The notes beneath the pieces are model-generated. The model searched no databases and was not told the DNA's origin. It was given only the letters and a program-made list of their open reading frames with translations. A DNA stretch of 63,911 bases, counting the filler, from Octopus bimaculoides (lineage: Eukaryota), in the NCBI RefSeq assembly GCF_001194135.2. It is 7 parts of 6 records of this genome, joined end to end, with 100 filler letters (N's around TTAATTAATTAA, not from the genome) between each part and the next. Parts side by side here need not be neighbours in the genome. Positions count along the whole stretch, not along the records: positions 1 to 28,621 come from NC_068982.1; 6 more parts are not named here. One strand, 5' to 3'. Positions 13,378 to 25,844 of this stretch are shown in pieces. The stretch's first letter is position 1; every line of letters starts with the position of its first letter. The position numbers and the translations under genes are program-made.

Positions 13378-16300
13378 ATGTATTCTTTATCTATCGTCGA
13401 CAATATCAACCATACCACGATATTGGAGGCTTAAGGATATAACAAATGCAAATTCCTCTACTGGAAATCTTCATGGCCTTAACGGTAGCCACGAACTTAA
13501 CTCAACTTAACTGTCTAATGTTTCTCTAGAACTAGATTCTAATACTTACAGATAAACATACGGAAAAACTACACAGACGCAGCCCTTCCAATCCGTTTAC
13601 ATTGCTTTTAAAATCTTATAGCTAATATTAGTATAAGAATCTGAAACTTTATTTTTTCTGAAGAAATTTCCGATAAAGTGGCTGGTTATTATCGTTGAGC
13701 TCTGTCAGATAGCTGCCACAAAGTAAAGACTTCATACATTCTGTAGGAAAACATAATAAAAATTCAAGAAATATCCAAAAAGAGAAGAATGTTGCATGGC
13801 CACCCTTCCCTCTAAATGCTAAAGCTCGACCTTACTAGATTAACATTCTTTTAATCACCATAAATACAACAAAATCCTTCATGATATTCTGTGGATATAA
13901 ACTACATTTGGAGATCCGGTATTCTCTAAGTAAAATTTGGAGACTTGGTATTCTATACGCTATATTTGGAGACTCGTTATGAGATTACCCACAATTAATT
14001 ATAATCAATTCTTTCGTGCTAAATTAAATTAAAACAGCAATTTAAAAATAAAACCAACCTGGTTAGTTTATTGCTAACAAAGCTTCGAAGGAAATCATCT
14101 CAGATTACGCATGCTGAAATGCAAAATGCTGTCCGTTGGATCAAGTATCCAATGAAATATCCGTAGCATGCTAATCTGATGTTACTGATAATCGATGACA
14201 AACGTTATAAGGGAATGTGCGAGGAGCCTTTAATAGAACATAACATCAACAAATTATCTTTAATCAAACATCTAATATGAACCTACATAGACATTGTTAA
14301 AGACGCATTTTACAAAAGGGTCATTTTTAAATCATAATAATTATCGATAATCCAAGGTAGGTATGTTGAAAATATGGAGATCTGAGCTGCCATCTTTATT
14401 TTTCAACTTCTATACATAGTGTTAATAATTATAGGGACGTAACCACAGTCTTTTTGAAAATTTGAGTCACCACCCTTACAACTTTTACTCACAGATATCT
14501 CAATTTCTCATTCATTATCGTCGGCTATTACTAAGTATAAAGCAGTCGGTCTGATGACTGAAGTAAGCAAGGAAGGTCTCCAGTTTACTCTAAAATGAAA
14601 CCAAATATGTCACTGTATAGAAACCATACAAACACGCACACACACACGCGTGCGCTTACTCGTGTGTGTTGGTGCATGTGTATGCTTGATTTTCTGTGCG
14701 GGCGAGTATTAAATGTATGAACATGTCTGAGAGTATGTTTTTATGCGTTATATATATATATATATATACCTATTTCAGGTATATACCATAAATTGTATTT
14801 ATGACAATTACGCATTGAATTAAATAACTATTCATGAAAGCACTACAGTTTTCATTATCTCCTCTAAATACTCTTTTCAAATGTTTGCACGTAGAGTTCA
14901 TTATTCATATAAAATAAATTTGTGTTATACTATTTTGTTACTTGGGCAGTAATCTTGTTCTAATACTTATCAATTAATTAATTTATTTGTAATACTATTG
15001 TCAAGATATAGTTGCTGGTTTAGAGTCCTTGTATTTAGCACCACTCTAGTATAGGTAAGAAGGCATAACTAAGAAATACTGAAAGTAGCAATATATAATA
15101 ATTATATTTTAATGATTATCAATGAAAGAAATGCTTCGAAGAATATTCGAAAAAATACTTCCGGCTGCAGGTTTACTGTTTTGTGTCAAATCAAATCGGC
15201 TGATAAATTGCTTCAGTGGAAGGGAAATAGGTACTTTAGCGCTCATAAGACAAGGCAATGAATATAAATGGAATTAGATCGAGTCGATAAGAATTAAAGC
15301 TAGGTATTAATAATTGGAGAGTAGATATTAACAATGCTTCACCAGTTATTGATTATTTGTTTATTTGTTACGGAACTGTTTATTTCAATGCTTCTCTTTT
15401 TGCTCATTATCAGGGTGTTTATCGATATGTTAACGACAGTAAATTGCTTGCTAGACCACTTCAGTTTATAAACTGAATAACTAAATCAACTTAACTGATC
15501 CGACTGCTTTTTATTTTCAGTCAAACGTCAGTACTCATATTTCAATCCTTTCATTTATTCTGATGTCATATATAACTGTTTTGTAAAGATATAACTATTG
15601 ATAAAACATTATTGTATTTCATATTATAACTGATACTGTCTTGATTATAAGACAAGCGCTGCAGATTTGAGATAGATTTCTAGTGGGCTGACTTCCTGTT
15701 TCTATTTCGAATATTTCCTTTATGCAAATGAAATGTTATACATATATAAATTGATATGTTTATTCTTATTGTGAATGGGTAAATAATACTAATGACAAAT
15801 ATAAAAGCTGTACTATATTTTAGTTTTCAAAAGTCCAACTGTGACGCTGCATATTGGTTGTAACTCAATATATATTTTTTTAACAAGTACAGGAACGTAA
15901 ATATGTGAAGTTCATCTATTTATCTAAGAAAATATTAAGTGCACAGATGAAGTGTCGAAGTTTTTTAATCAAATCAAAACTATGCACGAATCTGAACTCA
16001 CTACAGTACATAGCTCGCGACTAGCCCATACAACAAAGAAAAACCAGTCTCCGAAGAAACTTTCTCTTGTGGAGAAATGAGTGATTACATTATTCGCATA
16101 TGATTAGCTTTTGATATGTTTTACCCCGACAACATAGTTTAAACAATTATACATTTCCTTTCAATGTCCTTTCGAACACACCGAGTTATAGATGCTGTTG
16201 AATGCAGTAATTCCTTCAGAATCCTATGCAGAGACATCCAAATAGCATTATGAACCCTACCACCTACATCTGGGCAAGGCTATGCAATATTTATTTGCTG

Positions 16301-17989
16301 ACAGCAAAATATAGCATACATAGTCTAGCATTGGACCCCATGTCCGTGAGATCCTTAGGCAACTTCGGTGTGTCCATCCTTTATTGATCTCAGGTACTCT
16401 TTTTTACATAAGCTATGTTTCCATAAGCTATGTTTCCATTGATAGTGTTGATGTAAGTCAAATAGTCACGACGAAAAATTAATTGACTTTTTTCTATATT
16501 AAATAAAGACAGGTTTCTAAATTGGCTTATTTTTTATATTAAACATTCCCCATCTAGTACCCGTAAGGGTACATAACGATTTTTTTTTCATACGACGATG
16601 TATTTAATATTCTATTCACTAAATACCACATGGAGATTAAGTCACAAAACCAAAATAGTTGTGGATTCTATATACTTTATTGTAAGGAGTATTATAGCTA
16701 ACAGATCGTGGGAGAAAAAGTAGCATTGCGTACTAAATGAAGATGTGGAAATAGTAAAAAAAAGTTGCATTGTATTTAACAGCTTCAAATGAATACGATA
16801 CTCTTTACACTCATATCGCAATAGGAGTGACTGAGAGTACATGTACATATGAATGCATGAATGTCGTTTTTGTTTCTAGAATTTTTTACCAACAGAAAAA
16901 CAGACAGTTTTCCAACCCAGAAACAAGGCTTCCACTCGAATTTACTCCAGATCAATCGGGTAGTAATATATGTGTGCATTGAAAAATAAGCTGCGTATGT
17001 ATGTGCAAGCGTGCTTGTATATGTGCATGTGTATTTGTTCATATGTGTGCATATGTACATGGATGTATGTGCATGTATGTACCGATATATGCACGCACAA
17101 ATACATATGTGCAGATGTACATGTCTACATACATACATACATACATACATACATACATGTATACGTACACAGATACACACACATACGCACAACAAACTTC
17201 TGCTTGTTTACGTGTTTGTTTACGTGTACCATATCTACTCACAGGGCGTTGATCAGCCTGGAACTATAGTAGAAGGTACTTGCCGAAGGTGTCGCACACT
17301 GAGACTGAGCTCGAAACCCGCGCATTAGCGAAGCGAGCTTCTTAACTCCATTACAGTGTCTCTCTCCCAGCCTTTGCTCTCTCCAGTTAACTGGACCTCC
17401 ATTACTTTCCTCGATCAGAAACTCTGCGTGAAGCTCTTTGCGAGCAATAAACCAGTGTTTTTCATGAATCTGAGTGAATCACATCTTTAGCTGCATATTT
17501 CGTGGTTTGAGATTTGAGAAATTTTGGCAGAACGCCAGCGCTCCAAAGCTATTCTGTGGCTTCATTATTACATAGTAGAAACACTTTATCTTGTTTTCTT
17601 ATTACCTCAGTAATGGTCATGTGAATCGCTGCTTTCATTGAAGAATTTCCACGCCTGTCTTGTTATGAGTGTTAGTATAGACGGCAAGCATCATCCTTTA
17701 AAAAGTTCTCGTCTATGTTTATCTTCTAATGTTAGAGTTCACGATTTAGCTACATAGGTTGTGATGGGATGGGTAAGTCTGTTTGTGCTGTCAAACTTTG
17801 CATCGCTGGAGGCTGATACAACGCCCGTTTCCGATTGTCTTATTCAGTCATTCAGCTGCTGTAAATGCGACCCACCTTTTCACATTTGATCCATTTTAAG
17901 ATTATTTTGCTGAGAATCACAAACTTTGTCACGTGCATCATTTCAGAACCGTGTGTGTATGTGTGTGTGTTTAGGTGTTNNNNNNNNNN

Positions 17990-18038
<49 letters not shown>

Positions 18039-18396
18039 ACGTGTGTATATGAGTGTATATGAGTACAGTGTGTGTGTGCGTGTACGTGCGAGTGTGTGTG
18101 TGTGTATATGAACAAACAGGCATATTTATACCAATCTACATTCGTATAATCATTTTTCTTCATAAAAGTTTTGGGACAAAATCATAGTTTCGCCAAATTC
18201 AAATATCAAACGCCTTGAGCTTAGTTGTGTAAAAACCTCATAAAAACCCAATCTATATCCGAATGCTATGGGCTCAATTCTTAAAATCACATATGTTCAC
18301 TTTTAAGCAAAAATGTTTTCAAGCCATCACGCTTGTTTACATAAACCCACATTAGTGATTATGTATCATCAAAATATCTAATTTATTTCATTACAG

Positions 18397-18493
18397 GCGA
18401 TAGTCCGTATCCTGGAATTTCCTCTGACCGAATCCTATCCTTATTGAAAACTGGTTACAGGATGGACAAGCCTGATAATTGCCCAGATGAAAT
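18397..18493 (+). CDS. RET-like receptor tyrosine kinase, kinase C-lobe exon (G)[31 protein letters not shown](M)
   Basis: Acceptor ttcattacag and donor gtaatt flank a 97-nt exon, phase 1 to phase 2. The translation matches the xPYPG...LLKTGxRMxxPxNC segment typical of RET-family kinases (family comparison from memory). Confidence 0.9.
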
Positions 18494-18863
18494 GTAATTC
18501 ATTTGTAATTTGCTGTTTTTAATATTTATTTTTATTATTTTGTTATCTAAATTAATTCTTGATGATATGACAAAATATAGATTCTCGATAAGATGAAAAA
18601 TAAATGATAGTGATATTAAAACTTATAGAATATAGATTATCTCTGGTAATGTATGCAGATCAGTTTTAATACGTGAAAATATGGGATATGTACGAAACGA
18701 AAACTTTGAGGTATCATTGATGTTAAAAGCTATAGAAATATATTGATTATGTAGCGTATTTTGAACTGTGTGGGGGATTTGATAAAATATAAAATTTTAA
18801 TAGATGATAAAAGAAAAAATAATTAATAACATCATGTTTAAAATGTTTCTGGAACTTTTAGTA

Positions 18864-18909
<46 letters not shown>

Positions 18910-18959
18910 CTGTTGCAAATATTTCGTTATCAATATCTATTATAATTTCTTTGTTTCAG

Positions 18960-19059
18960 GTATGCTATAATGCAAAAATGCTGGAAAACCGAACCCGAAG
19001 AAAGACCATCTTTTCACGATTTGGCCAATATTTTTGATAAAATTTTACAAGAAAGAACG
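18960..19059 (+). CDS. RET-like RTK exon (M)[33 protein letters not shown] (subdomain XI)
   Basis: Acceptor ttgtttcag, donor gtaaaa. The 100-nt exon completes the split AT|G Met codon of the previous exon and carries the CW..P..RP.F motif. Confidence 0.92.
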
Positions 19060-19729
19060 GTAAAAATAACATTTAGTATTCACTGAAGTAGCAGTAATTT
19101 GTGTGTGTGTGTGTGTGTGTGTGTGTGAGTGTGTGTGTGTGTGTGTGCGTGTGTGCGTGTGTGTGCGTGTGTGTGCATGTGTGTGAGCGCGTGTGTACGT
19201 GTGTATATGAGTTTATATGAGTGCAGTGTGTGTGTGTGTGTGTGTGCGCGCGCAAGTGAGCGTGTATGAACAAACAGGCATACTTCAAAAGAGAATCAAT
19301 ATTATTTTTATATATATAAACGCTAAAATAACAGGAGGTATGAGAGATGAATAAATTAATATAATCATTTAACTGTTTAGGATTATGGCTGTTTCGCAGC
19401 CTTCTTCACGTAGTTGTAATTTTAGCGAGAGTAAATTAAGTTTATTCCACATTAAAATTATAACTACATGAAGAAGGCTTTGAAATCGCCGTGATCGTAA
19501 GAATAGCAAGTGGTTAAGTTAAGATGTTCACTCCTTATACCCACTGAGATTTCATGGTTTATATATTCTTCATGAATATATATATATTCATCGAGCTTCT
19601 GGATACCAGCTGCATGGACATTCTATATTACGCTTCTCTGTATTGGATTACTATGTGATCTATTAACCGAGTCCGTTAGAAGAGCCTTCTCTGATAGTCA
19701 CACAATTTTCTGAATCTATATCTTATACT

Positions 19730-19768
<39 letters not shown>

Positions 19769-20439
19769 GATACATGCGCACATACGCTTACACTCATATG
19801 CGTGTGTATTTCAGTGCTAGGCGATATCATCAAGCCCATTGACACTCTTTGATTAGCAAACTGTATATTGCCATCATCAGTGTGTTTCCCCATTCTAGAC
19901 AGATTTATGATCCTCACTCACCACAGCACATTCTAGCCATACAGGTATTATATAACTAGTCATTCTTGAATAATCATCTGTCAAGTTTCTGATTTCCTGA
20001 GGCATAACCGGTTTTTGTAGAAGAAATCAGGGCGATTAGTCTGACTTCAAATTTTACAGCAGACGACAATTACCAGTTATTTACTTTATTTGGTTTATAT
20101 TGCATTGTGCTAATCATGCAAGTCATCATATGCTGAAGATTGGATCTTTGAATTTGTTTCTAACACATTTGTGATAATAGTACTCGTTAATTTCATTCCG
20201 GCATCCAGCTAGCTGTAGGGCTGCATGTTATGTGGGACCCTATGTGCAGTGATCGATCAACTGGTTGGAAAGAGTAGCCAAATCTTTCTCAAACTACATC
20301 TTAAAGCTTAAAAGAAAGGGAATATTTTAAGGAACACAATCCTGTAGACATTCTATCCGGGTGAAAAACGTAGAGGGTTACGACCTGAATGCTTTTGAAC
20401 TTACGTTCGCTTCATCAGAATTCACTACTCTTGTTTCTC

Positions 20440-20480
<41 letters not shown>

Positions 20481-20487
<7 letters not shown>

Positions 20488-20568
20488 GGCGTAGCTGTGT
20501 GGTAAGAAGCTTTCTTCCCAACCACATGGTCCGGGGTTCGGTCCCACAGCGTGGCACTTCGGCTAGAC
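20481..20568 (+). mobile_element. SINE family 1, 5' head only, in kinase intron
   Basis: gcacaggcgtagctgtgtggtaagaagc...ggggttcggtccc contains A and B boxes. Confidence 0.75.
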
Positions 20569-21167
20569 TTTTCTTTTTGTATCTCAACGTGGTCAGAAAT
20601 CCGAGTGTCAGCGTTTGTACCACTGCTTAAGAGATCGGTTAATCCTTTTGCAGACTACAAAGAAAATAGTAGATTACAGTTGTTTGAAGGAGACCAATTT
20701 AATCCATCTAGCACTGACTGTACTATAAATAGCTATTAGCTATTAATGTATATTCAGAAAAAAAGTGTGACCGGCCTCTAATGAATAAACATTGAAATAT
20801 GTCAGGTCACTCTACTATTTCTTGCTACAGGGAGAAAAATGTGTGGTCAAGCACAGTATCTATTTTTCAGTGCTAGTGACATATGTATTTACACAACATT
20901 TGGGTAAGCTTACTCCTATATTATTAATCTTCTTTCTGTGTAGTGCTTTTAGCAATTAGTGTATCTATGTATATGTGTGACTGTATATGTGTTTGAGTGT
21001 GCATTTATACGTACAATCACATATACTATACATGTGTGCGTGTGTGTGTGGGGGGATTTGGGTGTGTGTGTGTGTATAGCGGGAATGGCTAGATTCGTAC
21101 CTGTATACATACACAAGCACTGAAATACACACGCATATGAGTGTGAGTATATGTGCGCATGTATCAA

Positions 21168-21205
<38 letters not shown>

Positions 21206-21672
21206 NNNNNNNNNNNNNNNNNNNNNNNNNNNNNNNNNNNNNNNNNNNNNNNNNNNNNNNNNNNNNNNNNNNNNNNNNNNNNNNNNNNNNNNNNNNNNNN
21301 NNNNNNNNNNNNNNNNNNNNNNNNNNNNNNNNNNNNNNNNNNNNNNNNNNNNNNNNNNNNNNNNNNNNNNNNNNNNNNNNNNNNNNNNNNNNNNNNNNNN
21401 NNNNNNNNNNNNNNNNNNNNNNNNNNNNNNNNNNNNNNNNNNNNNNNNNNNNNNNNNNNNNNNNNNNNNNNNNNNNNNNNNNNNNNNNNNNNNNNNNNNN
21501 NNNNNNNNNNNNNNNNNNNNNNNNNNNNNNNNNNNNNNNNNNNNNNNNNNNNNNNNNNNNNNNNNNNNNNNNNNNNNNNNNNNNNNNNNNNNNNNNNNNN
21601 NNNNNNNNNNNNNNNNNNNNNNNNNNNNNNNNNNNNNNNNNNNNNNNNNNNNNNNNNNNNNNNNNNNNNNNN

Positions 21673-21714
<42 letters not shown>

Positions 21715-22384
21715 ACACATATATATACTTCTTGCATGCACTTAATTATTTTTATAAATTTTTAATTAACTATTGTATTCAGAAAACTGCAAAAATGAGC
21801 ATTTTATCCTGTGGTTGCATCTGATAACTCTTTCGGAGTATCTATTCGCATGTTCATCTGTAAATGTTAAAATACATAGCGCTTCCTCGGAACAGAGATA
21901 GCGAGATCTTATTTTCTTTCATTTATCTATTTATATAAACTTTACGAATACTATAGGAATTTTTACGTAGCCAATAAGTGAGGAAAAGCTTTACATAGCA
22001 TTCTATATGGTTTACATCGTAAACCGCAGCCTACTCCTGAGAGTGACTTTATTTACTTACCACAGGATGGAATACCATGGATTATAATAACACCTTAAAA
22101 TGAAGTTCTTACCTTTCCTTATCATGTCTATTACATTACATTATTTTTACCTATTTTATTCTTATCTTGTTTTACTCTACTCTATTATTCTAACTGAATT
22201 TCCCACATGTTAGTTTCCTAACATTTGTACTCTCTGAACAAGCCTTGAGGCTCAACCATTATCCAATCTCTGTCCAATGTTTGTTCATCCCTGTATATCA
22301 CTGACGTGATGAGGATGACTTGGAAGATTCTGAGGCCTTATGGAAGAAACGGCCGTAAGGGATTTCTACCTTTACACTCATTTA

Positions 22385-22580
22385 TTATTTATTCTTTTAT
22401 TTGTTTCAGTCATTTGGCTGCGGCCATGCTGGAGCACCGCCTTTAGTCGAGCAAATCGACCCTAGGTCTTATGCTTTGTAAGCCTAGTACTTATTCTATC
22501 GGTCTCTCTTACGGGGACTTAAACACACCAGCATCGGTTGTCATGTTGGGGGGAAAACAGACACATAAACATATACACAC
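22385..22580 (-). mobile_element. SINE family 1, 3' half, in kinase intron
   Basis: tttcagtcatttggctgcggccatgctggagcaccgcc is the reverse complement of the family tail. Confidence 0.8.
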
Positions 22581-23168
22581 ACACACACACGTATATATAT
22601 ATATATATNNNNNNNNNNNNNNNNNNNNNNNNNNNNNNNNNNNNNNNNNNNNNNNNNNNNNNNNNNNNNNNNNNNNNNNNNNNNNNNNNNNNNNNNNNNN
22701 NNNNNNNNNNNNNNNNNNNNNNNNNNNNNNNNNNNNNNNNNNNNNNNNNNNNNNNNNNNNNNNNNNNNNNNNNNNNNNNNNNNNNNNNNNNNNNNNNNNN
22801 NNNNNNNNNNNNNNNNNNNNNNNNNNNNNNNNNNNNNNNNNNNNNNNNNNNNNNNNNNNNNNNNNNNNNNNNNNNNNNNNNNNNNNNNNNNNNNNNNNNN
22901 NNNNNNNNNNNNNNNNNNNNNNNNNNNNNNNNNNNNNNNNNNNNNNNNNNNNNNNNNNNNNNNNNNNNNNNNNNNNNNNNNNNNNNNNNNNNNNNNNNNN
23001 NNNNNNNNNNNNNNNNNNNNNNNNNNNNNNNNNNNNNNNNNNNNNNNNNNNNNNNNNNNNNNNNNNNNNNNNNNNNNNNNNNNNNNNNNNNNNNNNNNNN
23101 NNNNNNNNNNNNNNNNNNNNNNNNNNNNNNNNNNNNNNNNNNNNNNNNNNNNNNNNNNNNNNNNNNNN

Positions 23169-23205
<37 letters not shown>

Positions 23206-23239
23206 ATATATCTTATAATACATATATTTCTTTGAAAAG

Positions 23240-23306
23240 GGCTACCTCGATCTCGAAGGTTCCAGAGGAAAATCTAATTCCGTTGAAAGCGCCATAACTA
23301 CGGGAG
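23240..23306 (+). CDS. RET-like RTK exon GYLDLEGSRGKSNSVESAITTG
   Basis: Acceptor ttctttgaaaag, donor gtgaga. The 67-nt exon (phase 0 to 1) links the 18960 exon to the terminal exon in frame. YLDL sits where RET/FGFR carry their PLC-gamma-site tyrosine. Confidence 0.85.
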
Positions 23307-24878
23307 GTGAGAAAAAGTATTTCAAATTTTTATTAGCTTTTGAGCCCTTTATTATATTCATCATTTTATGAGACATGTATTATTTATTCAATTACATTTA
23401 ATAAAATCACGTTTATTAAAACCGGTCACGAGGTTACAGTTTTAAAGTTTTATTGGAAACTGTAACTGTATCTATTACAATATTCCTGAGATATTACACA
23501 TCGCACCCAGTGAATTTTTTGCTTTGGTTTAGTAACAGTGAACAAATTAAGTTTAAATCGTTTTCTGGTTAGATGAGAGACTATATCTGTTTAAAATTAA
23601 AGTTTTCGATGATTTTATAGCTATTTTCAAAATATTGGATAACGGAAATGATTGAACTAAATGGTCTAGAAAGACAATTTAAGTGCATAGCTGCATTCAA
23701 TTTAAACAAAACTAGCTCATCACTGTTCGTATCTTGAACATATATACTGATATAGTCGCTTGGTAAGGAACTGACAGAGAAGTAACATATTTTGGAATAT
23801 CAAAAATATTCAGGCCAAAGTAATTCTCATTTTCTTTTGAAAAATTCTTTATAGTCGGTAAATTCTATGAATTCGAATTATTACGAAATAAGTCAGCCCA
23901 ATTAGGACCTTTGCATTTCAAACAGACATTTAATAAGTGAAACAAGAATAACTTAAAACACTGTCAACTACTTTTTATTCATTTCACGGTATTTGAATCA
24001 GGAAACTTTTGTCGTATACATAAGAATAGTGAGTTCAAATACAGGAGATGATATTAGCAAGCAGTGGACAAAAACATCTTTCATGGGCTGTTTCAAGTTT
24101 ATAACAAAATTCACAGGAGATAACCCAACAGAGGATATATTTCGCTGCGACATCTCTGTTGTTTATACCAGTTAGTTACACAACCAGATCCACTATGTTG
24201 GTTATGCTATCCAAAAATATCGATTCACTTAATTACCTCCCTTGCTTGTTGCATTGGTTTTTTTGAAACTCTCCTATAGGAAGTATTTAACTACTAATTG
24301 CTTTGATAATTTCGGTTGATCGATATTTTCCAACCCAAATCATTACATATACGAGAACCTAGCATATTTGTATGTAATATGCAGAATGTTCCATGGCACT
24401 ATTTTCTCTCAGTCACCTCATGAGTGTAAAAAATAGATTATACAACATACAATGCACAAATTCACATATATATCAACATCCAACAACTTACAGCAATATG
24501 CAACTCGATTTTGCAGAACATATATTTAAAAAAAAGTCTAAGGGAAGTAATTCTTAACGGGAAACATTTTTAGTCATCTTTAAACCAAGAAAACTGAATA
24601 ATCTATTATTTTCTTTTCTTTCATTACACATCTAAACTTTTCTTGTAAATTCCACTATTTTAGGGTGTGGTACGTAAAAGCTATTACGAAAGAACAGAAA
24701 TCTTATAAGAATCAAAATACCGGTGCATATTAGGAAATCCCTCATAAAGCTGTTGCTTAAAATAACTACCATTTTTGATAGCGCATGCATTCTAATTAAT
24801 TACATTATGAACAATTAACTATTAATTAATTAAAATTGTAATGTTTATTACACTTAACACGTGTTTTTCTTCTTTCAG

Positions 24879-25123
24879 TTTCAGAGGAGACAGGAGATAT
24901 GCGCCCAGCTGCTGTCGTCCAAAATAATTTATATTTTCAGCAAAAGACTGCTCGGTTATCTGCTCCTGAAATTTCCGAGCAGCCATTGCTGTGTCGTGCA
25001 AGCCTAGAAAATGGGAAAGTGCGCCATAGCATGTGTCACCTGCAAGATTTGTCTTTCGAAGAATTCCAAAAAGATGGAGATTTGTTTGATCATCCACCAC
25101 AATGTGTCTATAATATTTGCTAG
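24879..25123 (+). CDS. RET-like RTK terminal coding exon (V)SEETGDMRPAAVVQNNLYFQQK...DHPPQCVYNIC*
   Basis: Polypyrimidine tract plus tttcag acceptor gives a phase-1 start compatible with the 23240 exon. The frame is open to TAG at 25121-25123 and contains an NxxY (NNLY) motif. Confidence 0.75.
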
Positions 25124-25844
25124 AGTGAAACTCGTGTACAATCATGTATATAACTATATAATACAAACAAGCATAACAAGCGCACCTACCTATACGTGTT
25201 TGTATGTGCGTGTGTGTGTGCATGTGTTTATGCATGTTTGTGTGAATGTGTATGTATGTATGTATGTATGTATGTATGTATGTCTATATTGATGTGTTTG
25301 ATCATCCACCACAATGTGTCTATAATATTTGCTTACAATCAGTTATGAAATTACATAATAAAAACAGCCATAACAAGCGCACTACCCCATATGTGTATGT
25401 TTGTGTGTGTGCACGTTGCATGTTTAACACATACACACATATATATACACAAACTCACGCACGCGCACACACACATAATATATATTATATATGCGCGTTA
25501 CGCATTCATACATTCATACATGTATTCATGCATACGNNNNNNNNNNNNNNNNNNNNNNNNNNNNNNNNNNNNNNNNNNNNNNNNNNNNNNNNNNNNNNNN
25601 NNNNNNNNNNNNNNNNNNNNNNNNNNNNNNNNNNNNNNNNNNNNNNNNNNNNNNNNNNNNNNNNNNNNNNNNNNNNNNNNNNNNNNNNNNNNNNNNNNNN
25701 NNNNNNNNNNNNNNNNNNNNNNNNNNNNNNNNNNNNNNNNNNNNNNNNNNNNNNNNNNNNNNNNNNNNNNNNNNNNNNNNNNNNNNNNNNNNNNNNNNNN
25801 NNNNNNNNNNNNNNNNNNNNNNNNNNNNNNNATATATATATATT

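Noticed and set aside
13664-13726. KFPIKWL after an AG, resembling the kinase P+1 loop
   Set aside because: It is not followed by A(P/I)E(S/A), hits a stop after 20 codons and has no suitable donor. Treated as chance.
17750-17778. Good donor (gg|gtaagt) upstream of the first kinase exon
   Set aside because: The preceding frame reads YIGCDGM, not WEIxTL, so it is not the missing kinase exon.
20831-20903. Phase-compatible (0 to 1) candidate exon GEKCVVKHSIYFSVLVTYVFTQHL between kinase exons
   Set aside because: No similarity to RTK tails, whereas 23240-23306 supplies the expected YLDL. It would also be mutually exclusive with that exon by phase, and there is no other support.
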